Shown here: piece after piece, positions 24,001-39,000 of the stretch | Layout: the number at the start of each line of letters is the position of its first letter | Numbering within the stretch: the stretch's first letter is position 1 | Assembly (NCBI GenBank): GCA_046563655.1 | Contig: CM102286.1 | Coordinates: 9,300,001-9,364,000 of the forward strand | Direction of reading: 5' to 3' | Source of the DNA: Yuukianura sp. NJ FZ-2021 | Lineage: Eukaryota | DNA: 64,000 bases | The notes under the pieces: model-generated | The model's input: the letters and a program-made list of their open reading frames with translations, nothing else | The model's database searches: none | What the model was told of the DNA's origin: nothing | Position numbers and translations under genes: made by a program

Positions 24001-27000
24001 TTGTGGATTCGGATGAACCTTGAAGGTTAGTCCATAAAATTTTTAAAAGCTTAGTGAGAAATTTAAGTTCTAATTATTTTTTCTTGTAATTACCAACGAC
24101 CTTTGCATCAAGACCGGCTTGGAATTTAAAAATCACACACAAGTTTTTGCTCTGAAATAAATAGTTTCTTCAGCTGACGCTACAGGGGGTGGTGCATTTC
24201 GATGAAGCTTGGTAATTTAGAAGAATTTTTATCGTAATTAGCAACGGATTCTTCAATACCGGACATAGATCAAAAATTCTCAACAGAAATAGTTGCTCTC
24301 AAAACGATGTGATAATTTTTGCTAAATGTGAGGGGGTTGTGGATTGGGGTGAAGCTTGAAGGTTAGTCCATAAAATATTTAAAAGGTTAGTGAGAAATTT
24401 AAGTTTTAATTATTTTTTCTTGTAATTACCAACGACCTTTGCATCAAGACCGGCTTAGAATTTAAGTCAAACACAAGTTTTTGCTCTGAAATAAATAGTT
24501 TCTTCAGCTGACGCTACAGGGGGTGGCGAATTGCGATGAAGCTTGGCAATTTAGAAGAGTTTTTATCGTAATTAGCAACGGGTACTTCAATATCGGACGT
24601 AGATGAAAAAGTTCAAACAGAAATAGTTGCTCTCAAAACGATGTGACAATTTTTGTTAAATGTGAGGGGGTTGTGGATTGGGATGAAGCTTGAAGGTTAG
24701 TCCATAAAATTTTTAAAAGGTTAGTGAGAAATTTAAGTTTTAATTATTTTTTCTTGTAATTACCAACGACCCTTGCATCAAGACCGGCTTGGAATTTAAA
24801 AATCACACACAAGTTTTTGCTCTGAAATAAATAGTTTCTTCAGCTGACGCTACAGGGGTGGTGCATTGCGATGAAGCTTGGTAATTTAGAAGAATTTTTA
24901 TCGTAATTAGCAACGGATTCTTCAATACCGGACATAGATCAAAAATTCTCAACAGAAATAGTTGCTCTCAAAACGATGTGATAATTTTTGCTAAATGTGA
25001 GGGGGTTGTGGATTGGGATGAAGCTTGAAGGTTAGTCCATAAAATATTTAAAAGGTTAGTGAGAAATTTAAGTTTTAATTATTTTTTCTTGTAATTACCA
25101 ACGACCTTTGCATCAAAACCGGCTTAGAATTTAAAAATCAAACACAAGTATTTGCTCTGAAATTAATTATTTTTTCAGCTGACGCTACAGGGGGTGGTGC
25201 ATTGCGATGAAGCTTGGTAATTTAGAAGAATTCTTATCGTAATTAGCAACGGATTCTTCAATATCGGACATTGATCAAAAAGTTTCAACAGAAATAGTTG
25301 CTCTCAAAACGATGTGATAATTTTTGCTAAATGTGAGGGGGTTGTGGATTGGGATGAAGCTTGAAGGTTAGTCCATAAAATATTTAAAAGGTTAGTGAGA
25401 AATTTAAGTTTTAATTATTTTTTCTTGTAATTACCAACGACCTTTGCATCAAGACCGGCTTGGAATTTAAAAATCAAACACAAGTTTTTGCTCTGAAATA
25501 AATAGTTTCTTCAGCTGACGCTACAGGGGGTGGCGAATTGCGATGAAGCTTGGCAATTTAGAAGAGTTTTTATCGTAATTAGCAACGGGTACTTCAATAT
25601 CGGACGTAGATGAAAAAGTTCAAACAGAAATAGTTGCTCTCAAGACGATGAGTTAATTTTTGTTCACTGTGTGGGGTTGTGGATTGGGATGAAGCTTGAA
25701 GGTTAGTCCATAAAATATTTAAAAGGTTAGTGAGAAATTTAAGTTTTAATTATTTTTTCTTGTAATTACCAACGACCTTTGCATCAAGACCGGCTTGGAA
25801 TTTAAAAATCAAACACAAGTTTTTCCTCTGAAATAAATAGTTTCTTCGGCTGACGCTACAGGGGGTGGCGAATTGCGATGAAGCTTGGCAATTTAGAAGA
25901 GTTTTTATCGTAATTAGCAACGGGTACTTCAATATCGGACGTAGATGAAAAAGTTCAAACAGAAATAGTTGCTCTCAAAACGATGTGACAATTTTTGTTA
26001 AATGTGAGGGGTTGTGGATTGGGATGAAGCTTGAAGGACAGTCCATAAAATATTTAAAAGGTTAGTGAGAAATTTAACTTTTAATTATTTTTTCTTGTAA
26101 TTACCAACGACCTTTGCATCAAGACCGGCTTGGAATTTAAAAATCAAACACAAGTTTTTGCTCTGAAATAAATAGTGTCTTCAGCTGACGCTACAGGGGG
26201 TAGCGAATTGCGATGAAGCTTGGCAATTTAGAAGAATTTTTATCGTAATTAGCAACGGGTACTTCAATATCGGACGTAGATGAAAAAGTTCAAACAGAAA
26301 TAGTTGCTCTCAAAACGATGTGATAATTTTTGTTAAATGTGTGGGGTTGTGGATTGGGATGAAGCTTGAAGGACAGTCCATAAAATATTTAAAAGGTTAG
26401 TGAGAAATTTAACTTTTAATTATTTTTTCTTGTAATTACCAACGACCTTTGCATCAAGACCGGCTTGGAATTTAAAAATCAAACACAAGTTTTTGCTCTG
26501 AAATAAATAGTTTCTTCAGCTGACGCTACAGGGGGTGGCGAATTGCGATGAAGCTTGGCAATTTAGAAGAATTTTTATCGTAATTAGCAACGGGTACTTC
26601 AATATCGGACGTAGATGAAAAAGTTTTAACAGAAATAGTTGCTCTCAAAACGATGAGATAATTTTTGTTCACTGTGAGGGGGTTGTGGATTCGGATGAAC
26701 CTTGAAGGTTAGTCCATAAAATATCTAAAAGGTTAGTGAGAAATTTAAGTTTTAATTTTTTTTCTTGTAATTACCAACGACCTTTGCATCAAGACCGGCT
26801 TCGAATTTAAAAATCAAACACAAGTATTTCCCCTGAAATAAATATTTTCTTCAGCTGTTGCTACAGGGGTGGTGAATTGCGATGAAGCCTGGTAATTCAG
26901 AAGAATTTTTATCGTAAATAGCAACGCGTTCTTAAATATCGGACATAGTTCAAAAAGTTCAAACAGAAACAGTTGCTCTCACAACGATGAGATAATTTTT

Positions 27001-30000
27001 GTTCACTGTGAGAGGGTTGTGGATTCGGATGAACCTTGAAGGTTAGTCCATAAAATTTTTAAAAGGTTAGTGAGAAATTTAAGTTTTAATTATTTTTTCT
27101 TGTAATTACCAACGACCTTTGCATCAAGACCGGCTTGGAATTTAAAAAATCACACACAAGTTTTTGCTCTGAAATAAATAGTTTCTTCAGCTGACGCTAC
27201 AGGGGGTGGTGCATTTCGATTAAGCTTGGTAATTTAGAAGAATTTTTATCGTAATTAGCAACGGATTCTTCAATACCTGATATAGATCAAAAATTCTCAA
27301 CAGAAATAGTTGCTCTCAAAACGATGTGATAATTTTTGCTAAATGTGAGGGGGTTGTGGATTGGGATGAAGCTTGAAGGTTAGTCCATAAAATATTTAAA
27401 AGGTTAGTGAGAAATTTCAGTTTTAATTATTTTTTCTTGTAATTACCAACGACCTTTGCATCAAGACCGGCTTGGAATTTAAAAATCAAACACAAGTTTT
27501 TGCTCTGAAATAAATAGTGTCTTCAGCTGACGCTACAGGGGGTAGCGAATTGCGATGAAGCTTGGCAATTTAGAAGAATTTTTATCGTAATTAGCAACGG
27601 GTACTTCAATATCGGACGTAGATGAAAAAGTTCAAACAGAAATAGTTGCTCTCAAAACGATGTGATAATTTTTGTTAAATGTGAGGGGGTTGTGGATTGG
27701 GATGAAGCTTGAAGGACAGTCCATAAAATATTTAAAAGGTTAGTGAGAAATTTAACTTTTAATTATTTTTTCTTGTAATTACCAACGACCTTTGCATCAA
27801 GACCGGCTTGGAATTTAAAAATCAAACACAAGTTTTTGCTCTGAAATAAATAGTTTCTTCAGCTGACGCTACAGGGGGCGGCGAATTGCGATGAAGCTTG
27901 GCAATTTAGAAGAATTTTTATCGTAATTAGCAACGGGTACTTCAATATCGGACGTAGATGAAAAAGTTTTAACAGAAATAGTTGCTCTCAAAACGATGAG
28001 ATAATTTTTGTTCACTGTGAGGGGGTTGTGGATTCGGATGAACCTTGAAGGTTAGTCCATAAAATATCTAAAAGGTTAGTGAGAAATTTAAGTTTTAATT
28101 TTTTTTCTTGTAATTACCAACGACCTTTGCATCAAGACCGGCTTCGAATTTAAAAATCAAACACAAGTATTTCCCCTGAAATAAATATTTTCTTCAGCTG
28201 TTGCTACAGGGGGTGGTGAATTGCGATGAAGCCTGGTAATTCAGAAGAATTTTTATCGTAAATAGCAACGCGTTCTTAAATATCGGACATAGTTCAAAAA
28301 GTTCAAACAGAAACAGTTGCTCTCACAACGATGAGATAATTTTTGTTCACTGTGAGAGGGTTGTGGATTCGGATGAACCTTGAAGGTTAGTCCATAAAAT
28401 TTTTAAAAGGTTAGTGAGAAATTTAAGTTTTAATTATTTTTTCTTGTAATTACCAACGACCTTTGCATCAAGACCGGCTTGGAATTTAAAAATCACACAC
28501 AAGTTTTTGCTCTGAAATAAATAGTTTCTTCAGCTGACGCTACAGGGGGTGGTGCATTTCGATTAAGCTTGGTAATTTAGAAGAATTTTTATCGTAATTA
28601 GCAACGGATTCTTCAATACCTGATATAGATCAAAAATTCTCAACAGAAATAGTTGCTCTCAAAACGATGTGATAATTTTTGCTAAATGTGAGGGGGTTGT
28701 GGATTGGGATGAAGCTTGAAGGTTAGTCCATAAAATATTTAAAAGGTTAGTGAGAAATTTAAGTTTTAATTATTTTTTCTTGTAATTACCAACGACCTTT
28801 GCATCAAGACCGGCTTCGAATTTAAAAATCAAACACAAGTATTTCCCCTGAAATAAATATTTTCTTCAGCTGTTGCTACAGGGGGTGGTGAATTGCGATG
28901 AAGCCTGGTAATTCAGAAGAATTTTTATCGTAAATAGCAACGCGTTCTTAAATATCGGACATAGTTCAAAAAGTTCAAACAGAAACAGTTGCTCTCACAA
29001 CGATGAGATAATTTTTGTTCACTGTGAGAGGGTTGTGGATTCGGATGAACCTTGAAGGTTAGTCCATAAAATTTTTAAAAGGTTAGTGAGAAATTTAAGT
29101 TTTAATTATTTTTTCTTGTAATTACCAACGACCTTTGCATCAAGACCGGCTTGGAATTTAAAAATCACACACAAGTTTTTGCTCTGAAATAAATAGTTTC
29201 TTCAGCTGACGCTACAGGGGGTGGTGCATTTCGATTAAGCTTGGTAATTTAGAAGAATTTTTATCGTAATTAGCAACGGATTCTTCAATACCTGATATAG
29301 ATCAAAAATTCTCAACAGAAATAGTTGCTCTCAAAACGATGTGATAATTTTTGCTAAATGTGAGGGGGTTGTGGATTGGGATGAAGCTTGAAGGTTAGTC
29401 CATAAAATATTTAAAAGGTTAGTGAGAAATTTCAGTTTTAATTATTTTTTCTTGTAATTACCAACGACCTTTGCATCAAGACCGGCTTGGAATTTAAAAA
29501 TCAAACACAAGTTTTTGCTCTGAAATAAATAGTGTCTTCAGCTGACGCTACAGGGGGTAGCGAATTGCGATGAAGCTTGGCAATTTAGAAGAATTTTTAT
29601 CGTAATTAGCAACGGGTACTTCAATATCGGACGTAGATGAAAAAGTTCAAACAGAAATAGTTGCTCTCAAAACGATGTGATAATTTTTGTTAAATGTGAG
29701 GGGGTTGTGGATTGGGATGAAGCTTGAAGGACAGTCCATAAAATATTTAAAAGGTTAGTGAGAAATTTAACTTTTAATTATTTTTTCTTGTAATTACCAA
29801 CGACCTTTGCATCAAGACCGGCTTGGAATTTAAAAATCAAACACAAGTTTTTGCTCTGAAATAAATAGTTTCTTCAGCTGACGCTACAGGGGTGGCGAAT
29901 TGCGATGAAGCTTGGCAATTTAGAAGAATTTTTATCGTAATTAGCAACGGGTACTTCAATATCGGACGTAGATGAAAAAGTTTTAACAGAAATAGTTGCT

Positions 30001-33000
30001 CTCAAAACGATGAGATAATTTTTGTTCACTGTGAGGGGGTTGTGGATTCGGATGAACCTTGAAGGTTAGTCCATAAAATATCTAAAAGGTTAGTGAGAAA
30101 TTTAAGTTTTAATTTTTTTTCTTGTAATTACCAACGACCTTTGCATCAAGACCGGCTTCGAATTTAAAAATCAAACACAAGTATTTCCCCTGAAATAAAT
30201 ATTTTCTTCAGCTGTTGCTACAGGGGGTGGTGAATTGCGATGAAGCCTGGTAATTCAGAAGAATTTTTATCGTAAATAGCAACGCGTTCTTAAATATCGG
30301 ACATAGTTCAAAAAGTTCAAACAGAAACAGTTGCTCTCACAACGATGAGATAATTTTTGTTCACTGTGAGAGGGTTGTGGATTCGGATGAACCTTGAAGG
30401 TTAGTCCATAAAATTTTTAAAAGGTTAGTGAGAAATTTAAGTTTTAATTATTTTTTCTTGTAATTACCAACGACCTTTGCATCAAGACCGGCTTGGAATT
30501 TAAAAATCACACACAAGTTTTTGCTCTGAAATAAATAGTTTCTTCAGCTGACGCTACAGGGGGTGGTGCATTTCGATTAAGCTTGGTAATTTAGAAGAAT
30601 TTTTATCGTAATTAGCAACGGATTCTTCAATACCTGATATAGATCAAAAATTCTCAACAGAAATAGTTGCTCTCAAAACGATGTGATAATTTTTGCTAAA
30701 TGTGAGGGGGTTGTGGATTGGGATGAAGCTTGAAGGTTAGTCCATAAAATATTTAAAAGGTTAGTGAGAAATTTAAGTTTTGATTATTTTTCTTGTAATT
30801 ACCAACGACCTTTGCATCAAGACCGGCTTGGAATTTAAAAATCAAACACAAGTTTTTGCTCTGAAATAAATAGTTTCTTCAGCTGACGCTACAGGGGGTG
30901 GCGAATTGCGATGAAGCTTGGCAATTTAGAAGAGTTTTTATCGTAATTAGCAACGGGTTCTTCAATATCGGACATAGTTCAAAAAGTTCAAACAGAAACA
31001 GTTGCTCTCAAAACGATGAGATAATTTTTGTTCACTGTGAGGGGGTTGTGGATTCGGATGAACCTTGAAGGTTAGTCCATAAAATTTTTAAAAGGTTAGT
31101 GAGAAATTTAAGTTTTAATTATTGTTTCTTGTAATTACCAACGACCTTTGGATCAAGACCGGCTTCGAATTTAAAAATCAAACACAAGTATTTGCTCTGA
31201 AATAAATATTTTCTTCAGCCGTGGCTACAGGGGTGGTGAATTGCGCTGAAGCTTGGTAATTTAGAAGAATTTTTATCGTAATTAGCAACGGGTTCTTCAA
31301 TATCGGACATAGTTCAAAAAGTTCAAACAGAAACAGTTGCTCCCAAAACGATGTGATAATTTTTGTTCACTGTGAGAGGGTTGTGGATTCGGATGAACCT
31401 TGAAGGTTAGTCCATAAAATTTTTAAAAGGTTAGTGAGAAATTTAAGTTTTAATTATTTTTTCTTGTAATTACCAACGACCTTTGCATCAAGACCGGCTT
31501 GGAATTTAAAAATCACACACAAGTTTTTGCTCTGAAATAAATAGTTTCTTCAGCTGACGCTACAGGGGTGGTGCATTGCGATGAAGCTTGGTAATTTAGA
31601 AGAATTTTTTTCGTAATTAGCAACGGATTCTTCAATACCGGACAGAGAATTTAATTTTCAACACAAATAGTTGCTCTCAAAACGTTCTGAGAAATTTAGT
31701 TCGCTGTGAGGGGGTTGTGGATCGGGGTGAAGCTTGAAGGTTAGTCCATAAAATATTTAAAAGGTTAGTAAGAAATTTAAGTTTTAATTATTTTTTCTTG
31801 TAATTACCAACGACCTTTGCATCAAGACCGGCTTGGAATTTAAAAATCAAACACAAGTTTTTGCTCTGAAATAAATAGTTTCTTCAGCTGACGCTACAGG
31901 GGGTGGCGAATTGCGATGAAGTTTGGCAATTTAGAAGAGTTTTTATCGTAATTAGCAACGGGTTCTTCAATATCGGACATAGTTCAAAAAGTTCAAACAG
32001 AAACAGTTGCTCTCAAAACGATGAGATAATTTTTGTTCACTGTGAGGGGGTTGTGGATTCGGATGAACCTTGAAGGTTAGTCCATAAAATTTTTAAAAGG
32101 TTAGTGAGAAATTTAAGTTTTAATTATTGTTTCTTGTAATTACCAACGACCTTTGGATCAAGACCGGCTTCGAATTTAAAAATCAAACACAAGTATTTGC
32201 TCTGAAATAAATATTTTCTTCAGCCGTGGCTACAGGGGGTGATGAATTGCGCTGAAGCTTGGTAATTTAGAAGAATTTTTATCGTAATTAGCAACGGGTT
32301 CTTCAATATCGGACATAGTTCAAAAAGTTCAAACAGAAACAGTTGCTCTCAAAACGATGTGATAATTTTTGTTCACTGTGAGGGGGTCGTGGATTCGGAT
32401 GAACCTTGAAGGTTGGTCCATAAAATATTTAAAAGGTTAGTGAGAAAAAGTTTTAATTATTGTTTCTTGTAATTACCAACGACCTTTGGATCAAGACCGG
32501 CTTCGAATTTAAAAATCAAACACAAGTATTTGCTCTGAAATAAATATTTTCTTCAGCCGTGGCTACAGGGGTGGTGAATTGCGCTGAAGCTTGGTAATTT
32601 AGAAGAATTTTTATCGTAATTAGCAACGGGTTCTTCAATATCGGACATAGTTCAAAAAGTTCAAACAGAAACAGTTGCTCTCAAAACGATGTGATAATTT
32701 TTGCTAAATGTGAGGGGGTTGTGGATTGGGATGAAGCTTGAAGGTTAGTCCATAAAATATTTAAAAGGTTAGTGAGAAATTTAAGTTTTAATTATTTTTT
32801 CTTGTAATTACCAACGACCTTTGCATCAAGACCGGCTTGGAATTTAAAAATCAAACACAAGTTTTTGCTCTGAAATAAATAGTTTCTTCAGCTGACGCTA
32901 CAGGGGTGGCGAATTGCGATGAAGTTTGGCAATTTAGAAGAGTTTTTATCGTAATTAGCAACGGGTTCTTCAATATCGGACATAGTTCAAAAAGTTCAAA

Positions 33001-36000
33001 CAGAAACAGTTGCTCTCAAAACGATGAGATAATTTTTGTTCACTGTGAGGGGGTTGTGGATTCGGATGAACCTTGAAGGTTAGTCCATAAAATTTTTAAA
33101 AGGTTAGTGAGAAATTTAAGTTTTAATTATTGTTTCTTGTAATTACCAACGACCTTTGGATCAAGACCGGCTTCGAATTTAAAAATCAAACACAAGTATT
33201 TGCTCTGAAATAAATATTTTCTTCAGCCGTGGCTACAGGGGGTGATGAATTGCGCTGAAGCTTGGTAATTTAGAAGAATTTTTATCGTAATTAGCAACGG
33301 GTTCTTCAATATCGGACATAGTTCAAAAAGTTCAAACAGAAACAGTTGCTCTCAAAACGATGTGATAATTTTTGTTCACTGTGAGGGGGTCGTGGATTCG
33401 GATGAACCTTGAAGGTTGGTCCATAAAATATTTAAAAGGTTAGTGAGAAATTTCAGTTTTAATTATTTTTTCTTGTAATTACCAACGACCTTTGCATCAA
33501 GACCGGCTTGGAATTTAAAAATCAAACACAAGTTTTTGCTCTGAAATAAATAGTTTCTTCAGCTGACGCTACAGGGGGTGGTGCATTTCGATGAAGCTTG
33601 GTAATTTAGAAAAATTTTTATCGTAATTAGCAACGGATTCTTCAATACCAGACACAGATCAAAAATTTTCAACAGAAATATTTGCTCTCAAAACGATGTG
33701 ATAATTTTTGTTACATGTGAGGGGGTTGTGGATTGGGATGAAGCTTGAAGGATAGTCCATAAAATATTTAAAAGGTTAGTGAGAAATTTCAGTTTTAATT
33801 ATTTTTTCTTGTAATTACCAACGACCTTTGCATCAAGACCGGCTTGGAATTTAAAAATCAAACACAAGTTTTTGCTCTGAAATAAATAGTTTCTTCAGCT
33901 GACGCTACAGGGGGTGGTGCATTTCGATGAAGCTTGGTAATTTAGAAAAATTTTTATCGTAATTAGCAACGGATTCTTCAATACCAGACATAGATCAAAA
34001 ATTTTCAACAGAAATAGTTGCTCTCAAAACGATGTGATAATTTTTGTTAAATGTGAGGGGGTTGTGGATTGGGATGAAGCTTGAAGGACAGTCCATAAAA
34101 TATTTAAAAGGTTAGTGAGAAATTTAACTTTTAATTATTTTTTCTTGTAATTACCAACGACCTTTGCATCAAGACCGGCTTTGAATTTAAAAATCAAACA
34201 CAAGTTTTTGCTCTGAAATAAATAGTTTCTTCAGCTGACGCTACAGGGGTGGCGAATTGCGATGAAGCTTGGCAATTTAGAAGAATTTTTATCGTAATTA
34301 GCAACGGGTACTTCAATATCGGACGTAGATGAAAAAGTTCAAACAGAAATAGTTGCTCTCAAAACGATGTGATAATTTTTGTTAAATGTGAGGGGGTTGT
34401 GGATTGGGATGAAGCTTGAAGGATAGTCCATAAAATATTTAAAAGGTTAGTGAGAAATTTCAGTTTTAATTATTTTTTCTTGTAATTACCAACGACCTTT
34501 GCATCAAGACCGGCTTGGAATTTAAAAATCAAACACAAGTTTTTGCTCTGAAATAAATAGTTTCTTCAGCTGACGCTACAGGGGTGGTGCATTTCGATGA
34601 AGCTTGGTAATTTAGAAAATTTTTTATCGTAATTAGCAACGGATTCTTCAATACCAGACATAGATCAAAAATTTTCAACAGAAATAGTTGCTCTCAAAAC
34701 GATGTGATAATTTTTGTTAAATGTGAGGGGGTTGTGGATTGGGATGAAGCTTGAAGGACAGTCCATAAAATATTTAAAAGGTTAGTGAGAAATTTAACTT
34801 TTAATTATTTTTTCTTGTAATTACCAACGACCTTTGCATCAAGACCGGCTTTGAATTTAAAAATCAAACACAAGTTTTTGCTCTGAAATAAATAGTTTCT
34901 TCAGCTGACGCTACAGGGGGTGGCGAATTGCGATGAAGCTTGGCAATTTAGAAGAATTTTTATCGTAATTAGCAACGGGTACTTCAATATCGGACGTAGA
35001 TGAAAAAGTTCAAACAGAAATAGTTGCTCTCAAAACGATGTGATAATTTTTGCTAAATGTGAGGGGGTTGTGGATTGGGATGAAGCTTGAAGGTTAGTCC
35101 ATAAAATATTTAAAAGGTTAGTGAGAAATTTAAGTTTTAATTATTTTTTCTTGTAATTACCAACGACCTTTGCATCAAGACCGGCTTGGAATTTAAGTCA
35201 AACACAAGTTTTTGCTCTGAAATAAATAGTTTCTTCAGCTGACGCTACAGGGGGTGGCGAATTGCGATGAAGTTTGGCAATTTAGAAGAGTTTTTATCGT
35301 AATTAGCAACGGGTTCTTCAATATCGGACATAGTTCAAAAAGTTCAAACAGAAACAGTTGCTCTCAAAACGATGAGATAATTTTTGTTCACTGTGAGGGG
35401 GTTGTGGATTCGGATGAACCTTGAAGGTTAGTCCATAAAATTTTTAAAAGGTTAGTGAGAAATTTAAGTTTTAATTATTTTTTCTTGTAATTACCAACGA
35501 CTTTTGGATCAAGACCGGCTTCGAATTTAAAAATCAAACACAAGTATTTGCTCTGAAATAAATATTTTCTTCAGCCGTGGCTACAGGGGTGGTGAATTGC
35601 GCTGAAGCTTGGTAATTTAGAAGAATTTTTATCGTAATTAGCAACGGGTTCTTCAATATCGGACATAGTTCAAAAAGTTCAAACAGAAACAGTTGCTCTC
35701 AAAACGATGTGATAATTTTTGTTCACTGTGAGGGGGTCGTGGATTCGGATGAACCTTGAAGGTTGGTCCATAAAATATTTAAAAGGTTAGTGAGAAATTT
35801 AAGTTTTAATTATTGTTTCTTGTAATTACCAACGACCTTTGGATCAAGACCGGCTTCGAATTTAAAAATCAAACACAAGTATTTGCTCTGAAATAAATAT
35901 TTTCTTCAGCCGTGGCTACAGGGGGTGGTGAATTGCGCTGAAGCTTGGTAATTTAGAAGAATTTTTATCGTAATTAGCAACGGGTTCTTCAATATCGGAC

Positions 36001-39000
36001 ATAGTTCAAAAAGTTCAAACAGAAACAGTTGCTCTCAAAACGATGTGATAATTTTTGTTCACTGTGAGAGGGTTGTGGATTCGGATGAACCTTGAAGGTT
36101 AGTCCATAAAATTTTTAAAAGGTTAGTGAGAAATTTAAGTTTTAATTATTTTTTCTTGTAATTACCAACGACCTTTGCATCAAGACCGGCTTGGAATTTA
36201 AAAATCACACACAAGTTTTTGCTCTGAAATAAATAGTTTCTTCAGCTGACGCTACAGGGGGTGGTGCATTTCGATGAAGCTTGGTAATTTAGAAGAATTT
36301 TTATCGTAATTAGCAACGGATTCTTCAATACCGGACATAGATCAAAAATTCTCAACAGAAATAGTTGCTCTCAAAACGATGTGATAATTTTTGTTCAGTG
36401 TGAGGGGGTTGTGGATCGGGGTGAAGCTTGAAGGTTAGTCCATAAAATATTTAAAAGGTTAGTAAGAAATTTAAGTTTTGATTATTTTTTCTTGCAATTA
36501 CCAACGACATTTGCATCAAGACCGGCTTAGAATTTAAAAATCAAACACAAGTATTTGCTCTGAAATTAGTATTTTTTCAGCCGTGGCTACAGGGGGTGAT
36601 GAATTGCGCTGAAGCTTGGTAATTTAGAAGAATTTTTATCGTAATTAGCAACGGGTTCTTCAATATCGGACATAGTTCAAAAAGTTCAAACAGAAACAGT
36701 TGCTCTCAAAACGATGTGATAATTTTTGTTCACTGTGAGGGGGTCGTGGATTCGGATGAACCTTGAAGGTTGGTCCATAAAATATTTAAAAGGTTAGTGA
36801 GAAATTTCAGTTTTAATTATTTTTTCTTGTAATTACCAACGACCTTTGCATCAAGACCGGCTTGGAATTTAAAAATCAAACACAAGTTTTTGCTCTGAAA
36901 TAAATAGTTTCTTCAGCTGACGCTACAGGGGTGGTGCATTTCGATGAAGCTTGGTAATTTAGAAAAATTTTTATCGTAATTAGCAACGGATTCTTCAATA
37001 CCAGACATAGATCAAAAATTTTCAACAGAAATAGTTGCTCTCAAAACGATGTGATAATTTTTGTTAAATGTGAGGTGGTTGTGGATTGGGATGAAGCTTG
37101 AAGGATAGTCCATAAAATATTTAAAAGGTTAGTGAGAAATTTCAGTTTTAATTATTTTTTCTTGTAATTACCAACGACCTTTGCATCAAGACCGGCTTGG
37201 AATTTAAAAATCAAACACAAGTTTTTGCTCTGAAATAAATAGTTTCTTCAGCTGATGCTACAGGGGGTGGTGCATTTCGATGAAGCTTGGTAATTTAGAA
37301 AAATTTTTATCGTAATTAGCAACGGATTCTTCAATACCAGACATAGATCAAAAATTTTCAACAGAAATAGTTGCTCTCAAAACGATGTGATAATTTTTGT
37401 TAAATGTGAGGGGGTTGTGGATTGGGATGAAGCTTGAAGGACAGTCCATAAAATATTTAAAAGGTTAGTGAGAAATTTAACTTTTAATTATTTTTTCTTG
37501 TAATTACCAACGACCTTTGCATCAAGACCGGCTTTGAATTTAAAAATCAAACACAAGTTTTTGCTCTGAAATAAATAGTTTCTTCAGCTGACGCTACAGG
37601 GGTGGCGAATTGCGATGAAGCTTGGTAATTTAGAAAAATTTTTATCGTAATTAGCAACGGATTCTTCAATACCAGACATAGATCAAAAATTTTCAACAGA
37701 AATAGTTGCTCTCAAAACGATGTGATAATTTTTGTTAAATGTGAGGGGGTTGTGGATTGGGATGAAGCTTGAAGGATAGTCCATAAAATATTTAAAAGGT
37801 TAGTGAGAAATTTCAGTTTTAATTATTTTTTCTTGTAATTACCAACGACCTTTGCATCAAGACCGGCTTGGAATTTAAAAATCACACACAAGTTTTTGCT
37901 CTGAAATAAAAGTTTCTTCAGCTGACGCTACAGGGGTGGTGCATTTCGATGAAGCTTGGTAATTTAGAAAAATTTTTATCGTAATTAGCAACGGGTACTT
38001 CAATATCGGCCGTAGATGGAAAAGTTCAAACAGAAATAGTTGCTCTCAAAACGATGTGATAATTTTTGTTAAATGTGAGGGGGTTGTGGATTGGGATGAA
38101 GCTTGAAGGACAGTCCATAAAATATTTAAAAGGTTAGTGAGAAATTTAACTTTTAATTATTTTTTTCTTGTAATTACCAACGACCTTTGCATCAAGACCG
38201 GCTTTGAATTTAAAAATCAAACACAATTTTTGCTCTGAAATAAATAGTTTCTTCAGCTGACGCTACAGGGGGTGGCGAATTGCGATGAAGCTTGGCAATT
38301 TAGAAGAATTTTTATCGTAATTAGCAACGGGTACTTCAATATCGGACGTAGATGAAAAAGTTCAAACAGAAATAGTTGCTCTCAAAACGATGTGATAATT
38401 TTTGTTAAATGTGAGGGGGTTGTGGATTGGGATGAAGCTTGAAGGATAGTCCATAAAATATTTAAAAGGTTAGTGAGAAATTTCAGTTTTAATTATTTTT
38501 TCTTGTAATTACCAACGACCTTTGCATCAAGACCGGCTTGGAATTTAAAAATCAAACACAAGTTTTTGCTCTGAAATAAATAGTTTCTTCAGCTGACGCT
38601 ACAGGGGGTGGTGCATTTCGATGAAGCTTGGTAATTTAGAAAAATTTTTATCGTAATTAGCAACGGATTCTTCAATACCAGACATAGATCAAAAATTTTC
38701 AACAGAAATAGTTGCTCTCAAAACGATGTGATAATTTTTGTTAAATGTGAGGGGGTTGTGGATTGGGATGAAGCTTGAAGGATAGTCCATAAAATATTTA
38801 AAAGGTTAGTGAGAAATTTCAGTTTTAATTATTTTTTCTTGTAATTACCAACGACCTTTGCATCAAGACCGGCTTGGAATTTAAAAATCAAACACAAGTT
38901 TTTGCTCTGAAATAAATAGTTTCTTCAGCTGACGCTACAGGGGGTGGTGCATTTCGATGAAGCTTGGTAATTTAGAAAAATTTTTATCGTAATTAGCAAC

